The notes beneath the pieces are model-generated. The model had not been told where the DNA came from. It searched no databases and was given only the letters and a program-made list of their open reading frames with translations. A stretch of DNA of 64,000 nucleotides from Dimorphilus gyrociliatus (taxonomy: Eukaryota > Animalia > Annelida). Location: positions 124,001 through 188,000 of the forward strand of contig CAJFCJ010000036.1 in NCBI GenBank assembly GCA_904063045.1. The letters run 5' to 3'. The stretch's first letter is position 1. Each line of letters starts with the position of its first letter. The position numbers were made by a program, and so were the translations under genes. Below, in pieces: positions 61,601 through 64,000 of the stretch.

Positions 61601-63161
61601 TTGTCCACAAAATTTTGTGTTATAAGACAAATCAATTTCCGTTAAATTTTCCAACTTCAACAAAAATTTGACTAGGCCTTCATATTGGTAACTTTTGTCG
61701 AAATTACTACTGGAAAAATTGATATACTGCAATGTCTTATTAGATGGTAATTTCGCAATTCTGAAGACATTTAAAAATTCAAAATCAAAACAAACAATTT
61801 GTGATAAATGTAAATATTCCAATTTGCTTAAATGTTTAATTAAATAACCCAAAATAAAACAACTAGATTTATCCAAATAACAATTTTCAACTGAAAGTTC
61901 TTTAATTTCATTTTTTTTATTGAATAAAGACCGCAGTAAATATTTCTCATTGCAGTGCCAATAAATTTAATATTCTTCATTTTAAACGATTTCAAATCTT
62001 TTAACATTGAAAAACAAGATGAAAATATTGAACTTATCTTATCATCCCTTACTAAATTATTAATATGGAAATATTTCAATTCCTTCGCTGATTGGTTCAT
62101 AATATTTTCAAATTCTTTTAAAAATCTTCCAGTTTTGAAATTATCCATTGTAACTCTTTCTATACCTTTTCTTTTACTTAAATAGGTCATTATTCCATAG
62201 GATATTTCCCCATTTTCAAATTGGGTATCCAAATCAATTTCTTTTAATTTTTCATTCCACGACTCTAAGAAATCTGTAAAAAGTTTTTTTCGTTGCTCGA
62301 TAGATGGCGCTAAAAAGAATGGAATATCCGGAAATGAGATAAAATCCCTTTCCATTGCGTATTTGATATTTTTTATCGTGTCTTGAAATTTTCTATTTTC
62401 AAACAGCAAATTATAATCGTCGATTTCGGTTTGTTGATTTTGAGCATCTGAATTAAACATAACGACTGGTTGTTGACCTTTCTTGGGAACAATGGATACC
62501 ATGTTGAGTGCTTTGGTTCGTCTTAACATTTTCAATGGCATAACATGATTATAGCCATCTGGATAATCGTCATTATTCATCCAAGGACGTTTTATGCTAT
62601 TTGTACAAACTAAATTATAATTGGAAATGTAGTCTTTACATTTGTGAAAAAATTCTATATCCGGTTCAACAATTTCGCAATTAATAATACAAAAATTTGA
62701 ATTCTTGTTTGAATCTGATTAGTGCTTTGAATGAATTCAATATCAAATTCATATTCGTCGAATATCAATTTTTTCAATTTTTTCATTTTTTTAACAGACG
62801 ATAAAAATTCATAGAAATTTTTTTCCAAGTCAATTAAAAACTTGTTTTCCATTGTTTTAAACGTTAAAACTGTTAGTTGAGTACAAATTTTAATATTTTC
62901 AAAGAGAGCTGTCTCGTCTGAATCTGTTGGAAATTCACAATCGATTAACACTAATTCCGTTAAAGTTGCCTGAAATTTCTTAAGTATAGCCTCAATAATA
63001 TAATTCGTCAGAATTTCTTTTTCCAGAGTTACACTTGTAAGACTATCGTCACCATTTATTAAATCTATCAATGTTTTTGATAGAGAAAATTTTCTTTTTA
63101 ACTCCTCTACACACATCATTCGCTGGTAGACGTTGTTTGAGTATTTATTCAAAAAGTACAT
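58700..63161 (-). pseudogene. NLR-like gene with N-terminal LRRs and C-terminal NACHT-type NTPase, carrying several reading-frame lesions
   Basis: LRRs LTEIDLSYN, LENVNLSGN, LREIDIGNN and others; then FDKLYMQMNL, Walker A GSAQIGKT (59852-59875) plus LLYLW; Walker B LLILIDDGD; LLSNSTLLDALINP; possible winged-helix YIFNHKT near 58870. Lesions: A8 run at 61911-61918, in-frame TAG at 59732, frame change at ~59500-59600. Linkage of 62655-63161 and the 3' end are uncertain. Confidence 0.75.
58706..58726. repeat. (TC)n microsatellite
   Basis: About 10 TC units. Confidence 0.9.
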
Positions 63162-64000
63162 TAACTGATATACTTCCGTTTTCAGTCTTTTTCATCTTAT
63201 TATGACAATGAAAGACAAAAACAGGTCAATCTTACAACTTTCAAATTTGCCATGGGGGAGAAAATGGCAATTGAACAGAGTTGCTAAGTGTTAATATTAC
63301 AAAAAGTATTTTTTTGATATGTTCAGCTTTCAATCACTTCCGTTGAATTGGAGATAACATTCACAAAAAAGTGAAAAGAGTGTTTTGTTTTAGAAAATAT
63401 CTTACTTTCTTATTTGACAAAAAGAAATAGATACCAGTTGAAATAAGCCAATAAAATAGATCTATACCCTGGACTCTTATATAAACATTTTATCATTTAC
63501 TAATCCATTAACAATATTAAAGTAGAGAGTTCTGTGAATGTTTTTTGTATAAAAATATTGAACATCTGTTCAGAAGAATAATGGCTAATAAACTATTTCT
63601 AAACAAGTTTATTGCTATGTGTATTTTCACATACACATGAAGTGGCCTTATCTTAGATCATATTTCCTGTCCAAAGTTCAAAAGCTACTCAATTGAGAAC
63701 ATTAAATAAATATTGTTTTTATTTTTTTATAGCTAAAATTAGAAAGGAATATCTTTCATTTTATGTTTAAAAAACTGTGTTCAAAGTTGCAAACCGAATA
63801 GTATGGCGTCTAATTTTCAAGTTCCAGTTTCTTTCATTTCGGGATGAATGCTAAAAAAAGATGCTGAAATGTGGAAGTAGTTTTATATTAACTCGAATTT
63901 AAAGTTATATTGATATTGTACAACTTTAAGAGTTCGCAATGCCATAAATACACTCCTATCCACTAAAATAGCATATGCTACTCTGCGGATTGATATTGGA

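Overview
Very AT-rich, gene-dense eukaryotic (metazoan) DNA with short GT-AG introns, many of them 40-70 nt. The gene content (GRL101-type receptors, F-type lectins, TRPM, Smaug) and compactness suggest a lophotrochozoan such as the miniature annelid Dimorphilus; that is inference only. In order, the window holds: a Smaug/SAMD4 gene; four paralogous GRL101-like receptors (SRCR-like/C-type lectin/LDLa/LRR/7TM); an inverted pair of intron-containing tRNA-Leu(CAA) genes; three ribonuclease-inhibitor-type LRR loci (a frameshifted copy, a RING-LRR gene and a relic); a divergent TRPM channel; secreted F-type-lectin/discoidin, LamG and FAMeT-like proteins; a nearly intact Tc1 transposon plus a relic; and a disrupted LRR-NACHT gene. 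Two observations stand out. First, all four 7TM receptors splice, through an identically phased 44-nt micro-exon, into a C-terminal degenerate protein-kinase-like module. Second, the NLR-like gene has an inverted domain order, with LRRs N-terminal to the NACHT P-loop in one continuous ORF. Domain calls are motif recognition by eye and exon boundaries are manual; no searches were run.
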